A DNA stretch of 64,000 nucleotides from NCBI GenBank assembly GCA_965223505.1, contig CBDCWP010000040.1:160001-224000 (forward strand). Reading direction: 5' to 3'. A program made the position numbers and the translations under genes. Below are positions 32,691-42,740 of this stretch, in pieces (within the stretch, counting starts at the first letter, position 1; each line of letters begins with the position of its first letter). Under the pieces are notes generated by a model that did no database searches, was not told the origin of the DNA, and worked only from the letters and a program-made list of their open reading frames with translations. This stretch comes from Planctomycetota bacterium (lineage in GTDB: Bacteria > Planctomycetota > PLA2 > JAEUHO01).

Positions 32691-33962
32691 TTGGAATGGA
32701 AACTGACATTGGACGTTCGATCGGGACCCGATGAGGGCCTGCGGTTCCAATACGTCATCAGGAGTGAGATCGTCTTCGGGCGCGAGGGCGAGAAGGACGC
32801 CGAGGGACTGCGCCCCTCCGACCTGCGCGTCAGTCGCAAGCACCTCACCCTCGCGCCCGACGAGGCCGGTGTGAAGGCCGCAATGCTCAGCTCCCAGCGC
32901 AGATTTCTTCACAACGACCGCAAGGTGGGGGAAGCAACGCTCGTCGACGGCGATCGCATCCGCTTGGGCGCCAGCACCTATGCCGTCGCTCTGCGACGCA
33001 TGGGCCGCGACGACGAGGAAGGACCCGACCCGACGGCACTCGCCGCCGAAACGACAACCGACAACATCACGGTCAACGCGCTGAGCGATCTCGAGCTGCT
33101 GGATGAGATCGGCCGCGGGGCCATGGGCCGGGTGTTGCGAGCGCGCGACAAGGCAGGGCGAAACCTGTGCGTCAAGCTCGTTCGTCAAGACTTCAGCGAT
33201 CCCAAGTCCACGGATGCCATCGTCCCCTTCTTTCTGCGCGAAATGGACCTGCTCGGCGCGCTCGTCCATCCCAACATCGTGCGCACGCTCTACGCCGGCC
33301 CTGCGGAGGGCGAGATGTACCTGGGGATGGAGTGGGTCGACGGGCGTAACCTGGAGCAGGAAGTGACGGTCGCCGGCAAGCTCCCGCTGCTGGACGGGTG
33401 CGCCGTCGGACGACAGCTCCTGAGCGCGCTGGTGTGTGCCCACGAGCACGACGTCGTTCACCGCGACGTGAAGCCCGACAACGTCATGATTCGCGGCGAA
33501 CGGGGCGCATTACACGCGATCCTGATCGATTTCGGCCTCGCTCGCATCGTCGGCGAGGCCGGTGACGAGGGTCTCACGGCGACGGGCGAGGCGCGTGGGT
33601 CCTACGCGTACTCACCGCTCGAGTGTCTGGCTGACGCCAAGCGTGCGAAACCACCTGCGGATCTGTTCGGCGCCGCGGCAACGCTCTACTTCGCGCTGAC
33701 GGGCTCGCCCTACTACGACGAAGAGCTCGCCGCGCAGGGGATGCCCAACGTGTTCGGCGGGAAGAGCATCGTCCCGCTTCGCGAGCGCCGCGACGACGCG
33801 CCCGAGAGTCTCGCAAGGGTGATCGAGAAAGGGCTCGCGATCGAGCCTGAAGATCGGTGGTCGTCAGCGGCGGAGATGCTCGAGCGCCTGGTCGTTGCGG
33901 AAGGGGAAGTGCTGCGCGCCTCCGCCAATACCAGTGAAGCTGCGAAGGGCGTTCAGCGATAG
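32691..33962 (+). CDS. FHA-domain Ser/Thr protein kinase
   Basis: FGR..VSRKH (FHA); GRGAMGRV, VKL, HRDVKPDN, DFG; TTG start uncertain. Confidence 0.88.
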   Translation: MEWKLTLDVRSGPDEGLRFQYVIRSEIVFGREGEKDAEGLRPSDLRVSRKHLTLAPDEAGVKAAMLSSQRRFLHNDRKVGEATLVDGDRIRLGASTYAVALRRMGRDDEEGPDPTALAAETTTDNITVNALSDLELLDEIGRGAMGRVLRARDKAGRNLCVKLVRQDFSDPKSTDAIVPFFLREMDLLGALVHPNIVRTLYAGPAEGEMYLGMEWVDGRNLEQEVTVAGKLPLLDGCAVGRQLLSALVCAHEHDVVHRDVKPDNVMIRGERGALHAILIDFGLARIVGEAGDEGLTATGEARGSYAYSPLECLADAKRAKPPADLFGAAATLYFALTGSPYYDEELAAQGMPNVFGGKSIVPLRERRDDAPESLARVIEKGLAIEPEDRWSSAAEMLERLVVAEGEVLRASANTSEAAKGVQR

Positions 33963-35794
33963 CCGCGAAGGAACCGCAGCACCACGTCCGACCGGATTGC
34001 CATGCCGAAGGTCTCCGCGCCGCCTCCCCCACCGGTGACCGGCGACCGGGAGTGAACACCGACGACCTCGCCGTCCATCGACAGGAGCGGGCCCCCGCTG
34101 TTGCCGCCGAAGGAAGACGCCGTGTGCTTCACGTCACCCGTCACGAAGCGAATCGTGCCGAGAGACGCGGAGAGGTCCGATCGGCCGGAGTCGATGACAC
34201 GGGCACCGAGGGGGAAGCCGAGCAACATGACCGCGTCGAGGTTCTTCATGGTGGTCGGATCACGCTTGATCGGAATCGGCGTGAACCCGGATCCGCTGAG
34301 CCGCAACACGGCGAGGTCGCCGTCCGAAACGACCTTGTGGGTGCGGATGCGCACAGTCCGTCCGCCGAAATCCTTGTCGAAGCGTCCGGTCCAGTCGTCG
34401 GTCGCGACGCCTAGCAAGCGCAGGTTGCCGCGACGCGCGGTGTTGAACCCCGTTTGGGTGTTCGGCGGTAGGTTGCTCGAGTCCAGAAACGAGGTGTCTG
34501 CGGGCCACGCGTAGATCTCGGTGTCGGGTCGTGCGTTCGGGAACCGCGCCAGCAGCGCCTGTGCGTTCTCGTCGAATTTCCAATCCTCGACCACGTGCTT
34601 GTTCGTCACAAGCAGGCCGCTGGAGGTTGCGAGCCAGCCAGTGCCCCACCCCGCTGTTCGTACCGGTGAACCATCGCGATTCTGAACGCCGTTGAACGTC
34701 GTGACGGTGTAGATCAGGAATACCGAGCGCTTGTAGCGCTCGAGCAGCTCCGCGAACCTCTCTCGCTCGCTCGCGTTGGCCTCGGCGAGCGCCCTCTTCA
34801 ACTCGGCTTGCTGCGCCTCGAGCGCCCGCTGGAAGCGCTCGCGTTCTCTCTCGAAGCTATTGCTGAAGCTCGCTCTCATTTCGTCGAGCTGAGCCATCAA
34901 CTTCTCGCGCTCGGCTTTGTCCTTCGCGCGATCCTCGGCATGGCGCCGCTCGACCTCGGAGAGCTCTCCGGAAACCTCCGAGACCTCGCCGGACACGTCG
35001 GCGATTTCGGCGCGATCCTGCTCCCGTTCCTCTGCAAGCATGTCCAACACGGAGTACCCAGCGACGATCAGACCGGCGCAGGCCAGGCCGACAAGGGCAA
35101 GAGTAAGCGCCTGGTTCTTCCGGCCGCTCTTGATGACCTCACGCTTGAGGGTTTGTTGGCCCACACCGACCTTGGGCACCTCTTTCGGCGGCGCTCCGCG
35201 TGCGCCCAGAACGCGTACGGGCAGTTGCTGATCGCCCACCTCCAGGATGTGTCCGGTCGCGATATCGTCTTGCCGAACGGTCGCGTCACCGCCGGCAGGC
35301 TCGGCGACGATGGGATTGCGGTCGAGGTGAACGGCGAGGCCCGTGCGGCCTTCCCGGGCCTGGGCGCCCTCGAGCAAGAGTCCGTCGCGATCTAGCGCGA
35401 TGCGGACCTCGTCCCGGTCCGCGGCCGCGAGGAAGCGGCCGGGGTAGGCCTTGGGCTCGACCACGAGCCACGTGCGTGGCGGAGAGTCGATGCTCGCCTG
35501 CAGAAGCGCGGCGGGTCCGCTGGCGCCGAACATGATCCAGTCACCCTTGTGGACGGCCGTCGTGGTGTTGGGCTGGATGCGGCGACCGTTGACGAAGGTG
35601 CCGGTCGTGGAGCGTTCGTCGCGCACGAACCAGGCGCCATCGACCTGTTCGAGGGTCGCGTGTGTGCCCGACGAGGTCGTGTCCTTGGGCGTGAGGCGAA
35701 TGTCGTTCTTCGACGCCCGCCCCACGAGCATCTTTTCGGAGCGTAGCTGAACACGGTTCCCGGCGAGACCACCGGAGCAAAAGGCCAGGTACAT
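33953..35794 (-). CDS. FHA + TM + coiled coil + trypsin-like (S1) serine protease
   Basis: VGR..H..STTGTFVNG (FHA); TM helix; catalytic triad TNKHVV / GDLAVL / GGNSGGP. Confidence 0.88.
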   Translation of the reverse strand: MYLAFCSGGLAGNRVQLRSEKMLVGRASKNDIRLTPKDTTSSGTHATLEQVDGAWFVRDERSTTGTFVNGRRIQPNTTTAVHKGDWIMFGASGPAALLQASIDSPPRTWLVVEPKAYPGRFLAAADRDEVRIALDRDGLLLEGAQAREGRTGLAVHLDRNPIVAEPAGGDATVRQDDIATGHILEVGDQQLPVRVLGARGAPPKEVPKVGVGQQTLKREVIKSGRKNQALTLALVGLACAGLIVAGYSVLDMLAEEREQDRAEIADVSGEVSEVSGELSEVERRHAEDRAKDKAEREKLMAQLDEMRASFSNSFERERERFQRALEAQQAELKRALAEANASERERFAELLERYKRSVFLIYTVTTFNGVQNRDGSPVRTAGWGTGWLATSSGLLVTNKHVVEDWKFDENAQALLARFPNARPDTEIYAWPADTSFLDSSNLPPNTQTGFNTARRGNLRLLGVATDDWTGRFDKDFGGRTVRIRTHKVVSDGDLAVLRLSGSGFTPIPIKRDPTTMKNLDAVMLLGFPLGARVIDSGRSDLSASLGTIRFVTGDVKHTASSFGGNSGGPLLSMDGEVVGVHSRSPVTGGGGGAETFGMAIRSDVVLRFLRGYR

Positions 35795-36039
35795 GGGTGG
35801 GATCCTAGGAGAGTGGACGTCGGCGGCCAAGCGCGCCGTCGTCGACTGCGGTCGTCTTGGTGCCTGCATCCCTGAATTGGGAAGGCCGGAAGGGAGAATC
35901 ACCCCAGTATTGGGAGCAGACGACTACTCTGCCGGCACGTCGACGACGAGGCGGGTACCGACCGTGGCTGCGTGAACGTCGGCATCCATGGCACGGACTT
36001 CGAGGCCGCTCCAAAGTGGATCCCGACAGTGAGCACGAG

Positions 36040-39000
36040 TCACTCGTCCTTGACGACCACTCCCAGGTACGCGCCAGCCGCGGCCCATCCCCGCGATTCC
36101 CTGGCCGAGGCGACGAGCAGGCCGTCGCCACTCTTCGCCGCAATCATCTGAACTCGCAGGAATCTCGTCTCGCCGGCCGCAAGGCGATCGATGATCCGCT
36201 TGTGTTCCGCATCGCCGACACCTTCCAACCCCGCATCACCTCGGACGGAATAGACCACGTCTCGCAACTCCAGCGTGCCCGTGTTCTTCACGGCCAGCAA
36301 GGCCGCGAACATCTCGCCCTTCTTGACCGCCCCCGGAGCCTCGATGTAGGTCTGCAGTTGTAGCGTCTTGGGACGACCGCGCGTGACGAGATGTTCAGCC
36401 TTCTTGGCCACTACGTCCATGTACACGCCGGCCGCGGCCCAACCTCGCTCTTCACGTGCCGAGCCATTCACGCGCCAAGTGCCCTCCTCCTTTGCTACGA
36501 ATGAGACTTTCAGAGTGCCACGGCCTTTGAATTCCTCGAATCGTGTAACTGCATCCGATGGATCAGTCACGAGTTCGAGTCCCGTCCCTCGCGCTGCGAG
36601 GGTCACGCTGGAGAGAGGATAGAGTTTGTTTCTCACAGTGAACACCACCTCGAACGGTCTCCCGACGACGACCGTCGCAGGACCATCGGCTTCCATCTCC
36701 ATGGCCCACGTGACGCCCCGCGCCGTGTCTGAGGGCGGACCCGGATTGCTTGGCAACGAAACGACAGGGCGAAAACCACCCCCACCACTGGACGTATCGG
36801 GGGTGTACCTCCCGCGAACCGCCGCACGAACGCTCCAGGGACCATAGCCGAACGAACCTCCACGCATGACGCGCAGCGTGCCCGTGGGCGGCCCGCCGGG
36901 ATCGACCAGATTCGAGCTCGCGTAGTAGGTCTCTGAAAACCAGTCGGAGCACCACTCGTACAAGTTCCCCAGCATGTCGTGAAGACCAAAGCCGTTGGGG
37001 AGGTGGGACCCCACGGGCGCCGTGTCGCGGAAGCCGTCGTCTCCCGGAAACGCCAGTCCGGGAGTGTCGGGACTCTCCTCCTTCGTCTTTGCGTCGAGTC
37101 CATTCGCATACAGATGGGCCTGCTCGTCACTCGCACCCCAAAAGCACTTCGTCGTCGTTCCTGCACGACACGCATACTCCCATTCGGCCTCCGTGGGCAG
37201 GCGGTAGGTGGCGCCCCTTGGTCTGTCCCAGGGGTTCTGAGAGTTGAGCCACGCAAGGTAGCAGTCACCCTCTCCGTCTCCTTGTGGACCGGCGATGTCT
37301 TCATGGCTCACTCTGGCGACCGGATGATCGGCTCCACTCCGGCTGTCGTTCTTGTCGTGATCCGGCCTCCACGCCCGATACTGAGCATTCGTCGTCTCCG
37401 TGGTCTGCATGTAGAACGCCCTCGTGATCGTCACGTCATGGGCGGGATCCTCGGCCGTGAGCCACTCGGCCTCGACGTACGCATCTTCCGCCATGATCTT
37501 CTGACGCTCCGCGTCCGAAGAGCCCATCGTGAACTTGCCCGGCGGGATCAGGACGAAGCACATCCCCAAGTCGTTCCCCCACGCGACCGGCACACCCAAC
37601 CACGCAGCCACTCTCTGCTGCTCCACACTGACCTTCGCCCATTCGGGCACACTCGACGTATCGCGGATCGGCAGCGAGACGACGAGGCGAAACCCCTTCT
37701 CCGAGTCAGCGTACGCGTCGCCAAGAAACCCCAGTCGCGCTGCGGCCGACATGTAGCGCGGCGGATCTCCGTAGCTCGCGCCGCGAACGAGCCGCCCCCC
37801 TTCGGCAGGTCCGCGAGGGTCCCCTGCGGGCGACGCGGCGTAGTACGCTGGGTCGTACCGGTCAGCACACCACTCGGACGCATTGCCGAGCATGTCGTAC
37901 AGGCCCCAGGGGTTCGGTAGAAACGATCCCACAGGTGCAGTCACGACGTGTCCGTCCTCCTTCGGAAACACCGGGCCGGCGACGAGCTGTGACTTCGTGC
38001 TCTCGATCCACCTCTTCGTCTCGGGGTCGAGGCCGTTGGCGTAGCGGTGAGCGTCTTCGTCGCGGTCACCCCAGAAGTACTTCGTCGTCGTCCCGGCGCG
38101 GCAAGCGTACTCCCACTCGGCCTCGGTCGGCAGGCGGTAGGTCACACCCTCCGGCCCGCTCGTCCACGCTTGCTCGTTCAACCAACGCAGGTAGAAGGAC
38201 TCACGACTACCGTCGGCACTACCGGCAATGTCTTGGTAACTGACCCGCACGGCGGGCTGGTTGTCGCCGTTCAGGCTGTATCGCCCGTCGGACCCGCTGT
38301 CATGAGCGCCGTTCCAAGTGCGGTACTGTGCATTCGTCGTCTCGGCCATCTGCAGGTAGAACGCGCGGGTGATGGTCACCTCGTGCTGCGGCCGCTCGTC
38401 CTTTTGGCTCCCCGGTTCCGACACCGGTGCGCCCATCTTGAAGCTCCCCGGCGGAATCAGGACGAACCGCATCCCGATGGCGTTTTCCCAGGCCACCGGA
38501 ACGCCGAGTCGCTTCGCTTCGTCCTTCTGCTCGTCGCTGACCTTTGCCCACGTGGGTGTCTGGTCATTCTTCGAAAGCGTCACGCGGACCACCAATTCGC
38601 CTCTCAACTCATCCCCGTCCTTGACCTCTAGCTTGATCGCAACTTCGCCTTCATTCTCGTACGTGTGCTTCCATGTGAAGGGACCTGCTCCCTCACGAAC
38701 GCGCTCGCCGTCGATGAACAAGACGTCGGTCCTCCGGCCCGTCGAGACCGTTCCTCGCACTTCGACCGCCATGGTCTCGACCCGACTCCCGTCCACCGGG
38801 CTCGTCACCTCGACTGCCGGAGGCGACTTCCATTTGGCAATCGCACCGGACAGCGCTTGGGGAATGTCACCTGCCGCAACCCCCTGCTTCCGTGCTTCGG
38901 TCAGCTGAGCCTCGGCCTCTTCGATGTCGCCGGTCTCCAGCGCCGTCAGCGCCGCTGCCAGCGGCGCCTCCCACGGTTTCGACGCGGGCGCGTAGGTGAC

Positions 39001-40284
39001 CGTACGTTCGACGACCTCTGAACGATTCCCAGCCGCGTCCACCGCTTCCAGACGTACCACGACAGTCTCGCCGTCTCTCAGCGTCCGCCGGACCGCGAAC
39101 GCGCCGTCCATGAGCGCTTCGATCTGCTCTACACCGTCCACGAGGAAGCTCGCGAGGTGCTCGTCGACGACGGTTCCCGAAATCACGACGTCCGGACCGT
39201 CGACCGTGACGGCGGGCCCCTTCGGATTGGTCAGGGTGATGACCGGCGCCGTCGTGTCCGACACTGGATCCGGGGATTCAGGTCCCGGTTTCTCCATCAC
39301 GGTGCCAATGGGTTTCTCGGAGGTGGCACTGTCGAACACGCCGCCGAAGTGGAGCCCCGCGCCGATGAGCATGGCCAGCGCCGCGATGAGCAGCGGCCAC
39401 CGCCGTCGGCCCCCGGCGGACGTCCCGACGCTCGATGGCGGGGCCGGTCGACGCGCGCCTTCCCCGAAGGCCTTCGCGAACGACGCGCAGTCTTCGTAGC
39501 GCTCGTCGCGGTCGAGGCTCAGCGCCTTCTCGATCGCGTCGGCGCACCCTTGTGGAACTGAGTCGACACGGTCTCGTACCGAGGGCGGCGGTTGCACCAG
39601 CTTGAGGTTCGCGGTCTTGAACGGGGTGCGTCCCGCCAGCGCCGCGTAGACGGTGCACGCCAACGCGTACTGATCGGCGCGGGCGTCGATGGTATCGGCG
39701 CCGGCACCCTCGACGATCTGCTCCGGGGCCGCATACCCGGGCGTGAACATCTTCATCTGGGTCGCAGTCATGCCGGCTGTGGTGCCGCTGAGCGCCTTGA
39801 CGATGCCGAAGTCGGACAGCACGGGACGGCCATCCGCGTCGAAGAGGATGTTGCCCGGCTTCACATCGCGATGGATCACGTCCACTTTGGCAACAGAGTC
39901 CAATGCCTCGGCAACGGGGAGCAGCCACTCGAGCACCTGCTCCGGCGTCTGTGTGCCGCGCTTCAGGCGCTCATCGAGGGTGCCGCCCGGCAGGTACGCC
40001 ATCACGAAGAACGGCATCCCTTCGTGCTCTCCCTGATCGGAGATGTAGACGACTCCGGGTAGGTGGCGCAGGCGGATCTGCTGCTTGATCTCGCGCTCGA
40101 ACTTCTTCTTGAGCGCGGGCGTTACGAGCAACTCGTCCTTCGGGACCTTGATCGCGACGGAGTCGTCGTCCATGCGGTGATCGACGGCTCGGTAGACGTC
40201 GGCCATACCGCCGCCGCCGAGGCGTTCCATTACCTCGTAGCGGTCGAGCAGTGTCGCTCCAATGAACTCAACCGAGTCGCTCAT
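36040..40284 (-). CDS. Ser/Thr kinase - TM - Ig-like - two FGE-sulfatase domains - two Ig-like repeats (paralogue 1)
   Basis: GGGGMADVY, HRDVKPGN, DFG, APEQ; two RLPTEAEWEYACRAG and two GFR-type ends; start taken at MSDSVEF. Confidence 0.93.
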   Translation of the reverse strand: MSDSVEFIGATLLDRYEVMERLGGGGMADVYRAVDHRMDDDSVAIKVPKDELLVTPALKKKFEREIKQQIRLRHLPGVVYISDQGEHEGMPFFVMAYLPGGTLDERLKRGTQTPEQVLEWLLPVAEALDSVAKVDVIHRDVKPGNILFDADGRPVLSDFGIVKALSGTTAGMTATQMKMFTPGYAAPEQIVEGAGADTIDARADQYALACTVYAALAGRTPFKTANLKLVQPPPSVRDRVDSVPQGCADAIEKALSLDRDERYEDCASFAKAFGEGARRPAPPSSVGTSAGGRRRWPLLIAALAMLIGAGLHFGGVFDSATSEKPIGTVMEKPGPESPDPVSDTTAPVITLTNPKGPAVTVDGPDVVISGTVVDEHLASFLVDGVEQIEALMDGAFAVRRTLRDGETVVVRLEAVDAAGNRSEVVERTVTYAPASKPWEAPLAAALTALETGDIEEAEAQLTEARKQGVAAGDIPQALSGAIAKWKSPPAVEVTSPVDGSRVETMAVEVRGTVSTGRRTDVLFIDGERVREGAGPFTWKHTYENEGEVAIKLEVKDGDELRGELVVRVTLSKNDQTPTWAKVSDEQKDEAKRLGVPVAWENAIGMRFVLIPPGSFKMGAPVSEPGSQKDERPQHEVTITRAFYLQMAETTNAQYRTWNGAHDSGSDGRYSLNGDNQPAVRVSYQDIAGSADGSRESFYLRWLNEQAWTSGPEGVTYRLPTEAEWEYACRAGTTTKYFWGDRDEDAHRYANGLDPETKRWIESTKSQLVAGPVFPKEDGHVVTAPVGSFLPNPWGLYDMLGNASEWCADRYDPAYYAASPAGDPRGPAEGGRLVRGASYGDPPRYMSAAARLGFLGDAYADSEKGFRLVVSLPIRDTSSVPEWAKVSVEQQRVAAWLGVPVAWGNDLGMCFVLIPPGKFTMGSSDAERQKIMAEDAYVEAEWLTAEDPAHDVTITRAFYMQTTETTNAQYRAWRPDHDKNDSRSGADHPVARVSHEDIAGPQGDGEGDCYLAWLNSQNPWDRPRGATYRLPTEAEWEYACRAGTTTKCFWGASDEQAHLYANGLDAKTKEESPDTPGLAFPGDDGFRDTAPVGSHLPNGFGLHDMLGNLYEWCSDWFSETYYASSNLVDPGGPPTGTLRVMRGGSFGYGPWSVRAAVRGRYTPDTSSGGGGFRPVVSLPSNPGPPSDTARGVTWAMEMEADGPATVVVGRPFEVVFTVRNKLYPLSSVTLAARGTGLELVTDPSDAVTRFEEFKGRGTLKVSFVAKEEGTWRVNGSAREERGWAAAGVYMDVVAKKAEHLVTRGRPKTLQLQTYIEAPGAVKKGEMFAALLAVKNTGTLELRDVVYSVRGDAGLEGVGDAEHKRIIDRLAAGETRFLRVQMIAAKSGDGLLVASARESRGWAAAGAYLGVVVKDE

Positions 40285-40335
40285 TCGACGCACAGGGTAA
40301 GGAACACGACGCCCCGCCACCACCGCCAACAGCCA

Positions 40336-41127
40336 CTACTGCTCCGGCAGCCTACCGAAGAACGACGGCGCGCGTCTGATGTCCATGTAAGGCGAAAGTG
40401 CGGGAAACAGCGCCCGGCGTTCGTCCTCGCGCTCGTCCGGATCGGCCACCGTCTCCTTCAACTCCTCCCAAACGGCCTCTGCGAACATGCTGCGCGCGCG
40501 AAGGACGATCATGGCCATCTTCTTCGGCGCGATGGCAAGCCGCTCGCCGAGCTGGGCGTTCGAGATCTCCGGGTCCTTCATCCGCAACTCGAGCACTTGC
40601 GCGTTGGTCTCGCTGCGCTCGCGTACGCGCCCGAGCGCCGCCCCGGCCATGCAGTCCGCCCATTCTTCGCGCAGGCGCTCGCCGACCTGGGATTCCGCTT
40701 CGTCGCCCAGCACGTCGGCGAGCGGCTCGATCGGGACCGGCTGCCCGCCACTGGGTGCGCGCTTCTTCGCACGGCGCATGGCGATGTAGTCGCGGGTGTG
40801 TCGGGCCAGAAGCACGCGCACGAAGCCCCGGAAGCGGCCGTGCTCGGGCGCGGCGCGGGCCAGCCAGTCCTTGTCGAGGCATTGGAGGAGGAAGCTCTGG
40901 ACGACGTCCTCCGCCTCGTCGGGCGTGCAGACGCCGCCGCCACCTCGCCGAAGGAGAAACCGGGCGTAGCGGACCATGGCCGGACGATAGCGAAGCTGCA
41001 GATGGCGCCAGGCGTCGCGCCAGATCGTCTTTCGGGCGGGGTCGGCCAAGGCGCGCACCTGTCCCCACTGGGTGGCGGTCGGGTCCAAGGAATCGGGCTT
41101 CGCGGGCATCGCGTCGGTTTTCTCCAT
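40336..41127 (-). CDS. ECF sigma factor, kinase-associated type
   Basis: TQWGQV N-terminal motif, EAEDVVQSF, GRFRGF; lies 51 bp upstream of the kinase gene. Confidence 0.82.
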   Translation of the reverse strand: MEKTDAMPAKPDSLDPTATQWGQVRALADPARKTIWRDAWRHLQLRYRPAMVRYARFLLRRGGGGVCTPDEAEDVVQSFLLQCLDKDWLARAAPEHGRFRGFVRVLLARHTRDYIAMRRAKKRAPSGGQPVPIEPLADVLGDEAESQVGERLREEWADCMAGAALGRVRERSETNAQVLELRMKDPEISNAQLGERLAIAPKKMAMIVLRARSMFAEAVWEELKETVADPDEREDERRALFPALSPYMDIRRAPSFFGRLPEQ

Positions 41128-41214
41128 GATTCTGGCGAGCTCGCGTGATTTCCCGAGTCGGCCTCCCATCAAGGGGGTGAGGGCGATCAAGCCCTCCCTA
41201 CCAAGGAGCACGCC

Positions 41215-41439
41215 GTGACGACAGCAACCATCTTCGCAGAGAGCATCGACCCCGCGCAGTCTCTGATTCCCGGCATCGCCGCGACGCCGCGTTCGGCGCC
41301 GAAGCAGGGGATCGAGAACCTGCTGGGCAAGACCCTGTTCGTGCTGTCGGCACTGCCCGTTCTGCCTGGCGCGCTTCTGTTGATCGGGGCGGCCGTTGGG
41401 GTCGAGCGCCTCGCGAAGTGGATCCGCTCGGAATCATGA
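41215..41439 (+). CDS. Small hypothetical membrane protein
   Basis: AAGGAG RBS; one hydrophobic segment. Confidence 0.5.
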   Translation: MTTATIFAESIDPAQSLIPGIAATPRSAPKQGIENLLGKTLFVLSALPVLPGALLLIGAAVGVERLAKWIRSES

Positions 41440-41496
41440 TCGACCGGCCCGCGCCGTCGCCTCATCCCAAAGACTGTCTGCGCGTAGAGTAGGCCC

Positions 41497-41973
41497 ATGC
41501 CGCAAGAGAACGACATCCTGCGTCCGATGCCCGAGACCCTCGAGCAGTGGAGGGCGTTCGTCGATGCCGAGGTGTCGGCGGTGTGCGAGCGGAGGGGTTG
41601 GGGCCGGCAGGTCCGCAGGAAGTGGGCTGTTCGCGAGAAGCCTGTCGCCGAGTCGCCGATCGACGACTACGAGTGGAAGTTGATCCCCGACGCCGACGGG
41701 CTGCTCCCGCCCTTCGACGTTTCGAAGTTCATCGACGGCGTGGACGAGGGCCGGTACTTCGTCCTCGGTGTCGACACGCAAGACGGCGCCTTCGTCTTGC
41801 AGCACGACACGCTACACAACGTATTTCGGGGACGACAGAACGACACGTCGACGTTCACCCGGATTCCGTTCGAGGCCCTCCGGCACGCCCACCTGAGTGG
41901 AAACGGCGACCTCCGCGACTACGTGCTCGACCTCGTCGAGAAGTTCGAGCCCAACGAGTTCCTCTTGCTGTGA
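41497..41973 (+). CDS. Hypothetical protein
   Basis: 158-aa ORF with globular composition and coding-like codon bias. Confidence 0.65.
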   Translation: MPQENDILRPMPETLEQWRAFVDAEVSAVCERRGWGRQVRRKWAVREKPVAESPIDDYEWKLIPDADGLLPPFDVSKFIDGVDEGRYFVLGVDTQDGAFVLQHDTLHNVFRGRQNDTSTFTRIPFEALRHAHLSGNGDLRDYVLDLVEKFEPNEFLLL

Positions 41974-41995
41974 TCAGGTTTCCCGGACTGAGATC

Positions 41996-42352
41996 ATGAC
42001 CTACCCGCCCACTGGCATCGTCCAAGGGACCCCGCCCGACATCGCGTTGGAGTGGAAGGGCAACACGCTCCACATCCGTGGCATGCTGACGATCAACGAG
42101 ACGTATTGGGTCGAGAAGGACATCGAGGAAACGACCGGTGACGTCGACTTCGACCTGTCCGAGCTGACGTTCATCGACGACCTCGGACTGGCGTCGCTGA
42201 TCAAGTGGCAGCGGCACCTGGCGGAGCACGGTGCGAAGCTGCGTCTGCTGCGTACGCTGCCGCGGATCTGGAGAGTGCTGAAGATCCTCGGCATGCTCGA
42301 ACTGTTCGATGAGGTCGAGGTGGTTGATCCGGAGCAAACGCATGAGCCCTGA
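41996..42352 (+). CDS. STAS-domain anti-sigma factor antagonist-like protein
   Basis: FDLSELTFIDDLGLASL; RVLKILGM. Confidence 0.8.
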   Translation: MTYPPTGIVQGTPPDIALEWKGNTLHIRGMLTINETYWVEKDIEETTGDVDFDLSELTFIDDLGLASLIKWQRHLAEHGAKLRLLRTLPRIWRVLKILGMLELFDEVEVVDPEQTHEP

Positions 42353-42659
42353 CACACACTCGTCGTCTGAGGAAAGGGACAAGACTCGCACGCTCGTGGT
42401 CGGGACCTTCCCCGAGCTCGACTACGGGCAGGTGGACTGGGCGAGAGGTCCGATCAGCGTCGGCACGCTGGACATCGATGACGGGAGAGATCCGCTCGAG
42501 TTGACAGTGGCGAGAGGCGTGCCCAAGGACGCGGTGCTTGGCTTCCTGCGGAAGGTGATCCAGATGATCGAACTCTCCGACCGCATGCCGGCGCCTCACA
42601 ACCCCTGGGTGAAGTGGTTCCGAGAGGAAGAAGGCGACGGGCGAAAAGCATCGGACTGA
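42342..42659 (+). CDS. Hypothetical protein
   Basis: Overlaps the STAS gene stop; GGAG RBS. Confidence 0.55.
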   Translation: MSPDTHSSSEERDKTRTLVVGTFPELDYGQVDWARGPISVGTLDIDDGRDPLELTVARGVPKDAVLGFLRKVIQMIELSDRMPAPHNPWVKWFREEEGDGRKASD

Positions 42660-42740
42660 TCGCGAGACCCTCTGATCTCGGCATCGAGTGGATCTCGCTC
42701 GTCGATGAGCGCTCGATCGAGCATCGCGAGGTTGATTGTC

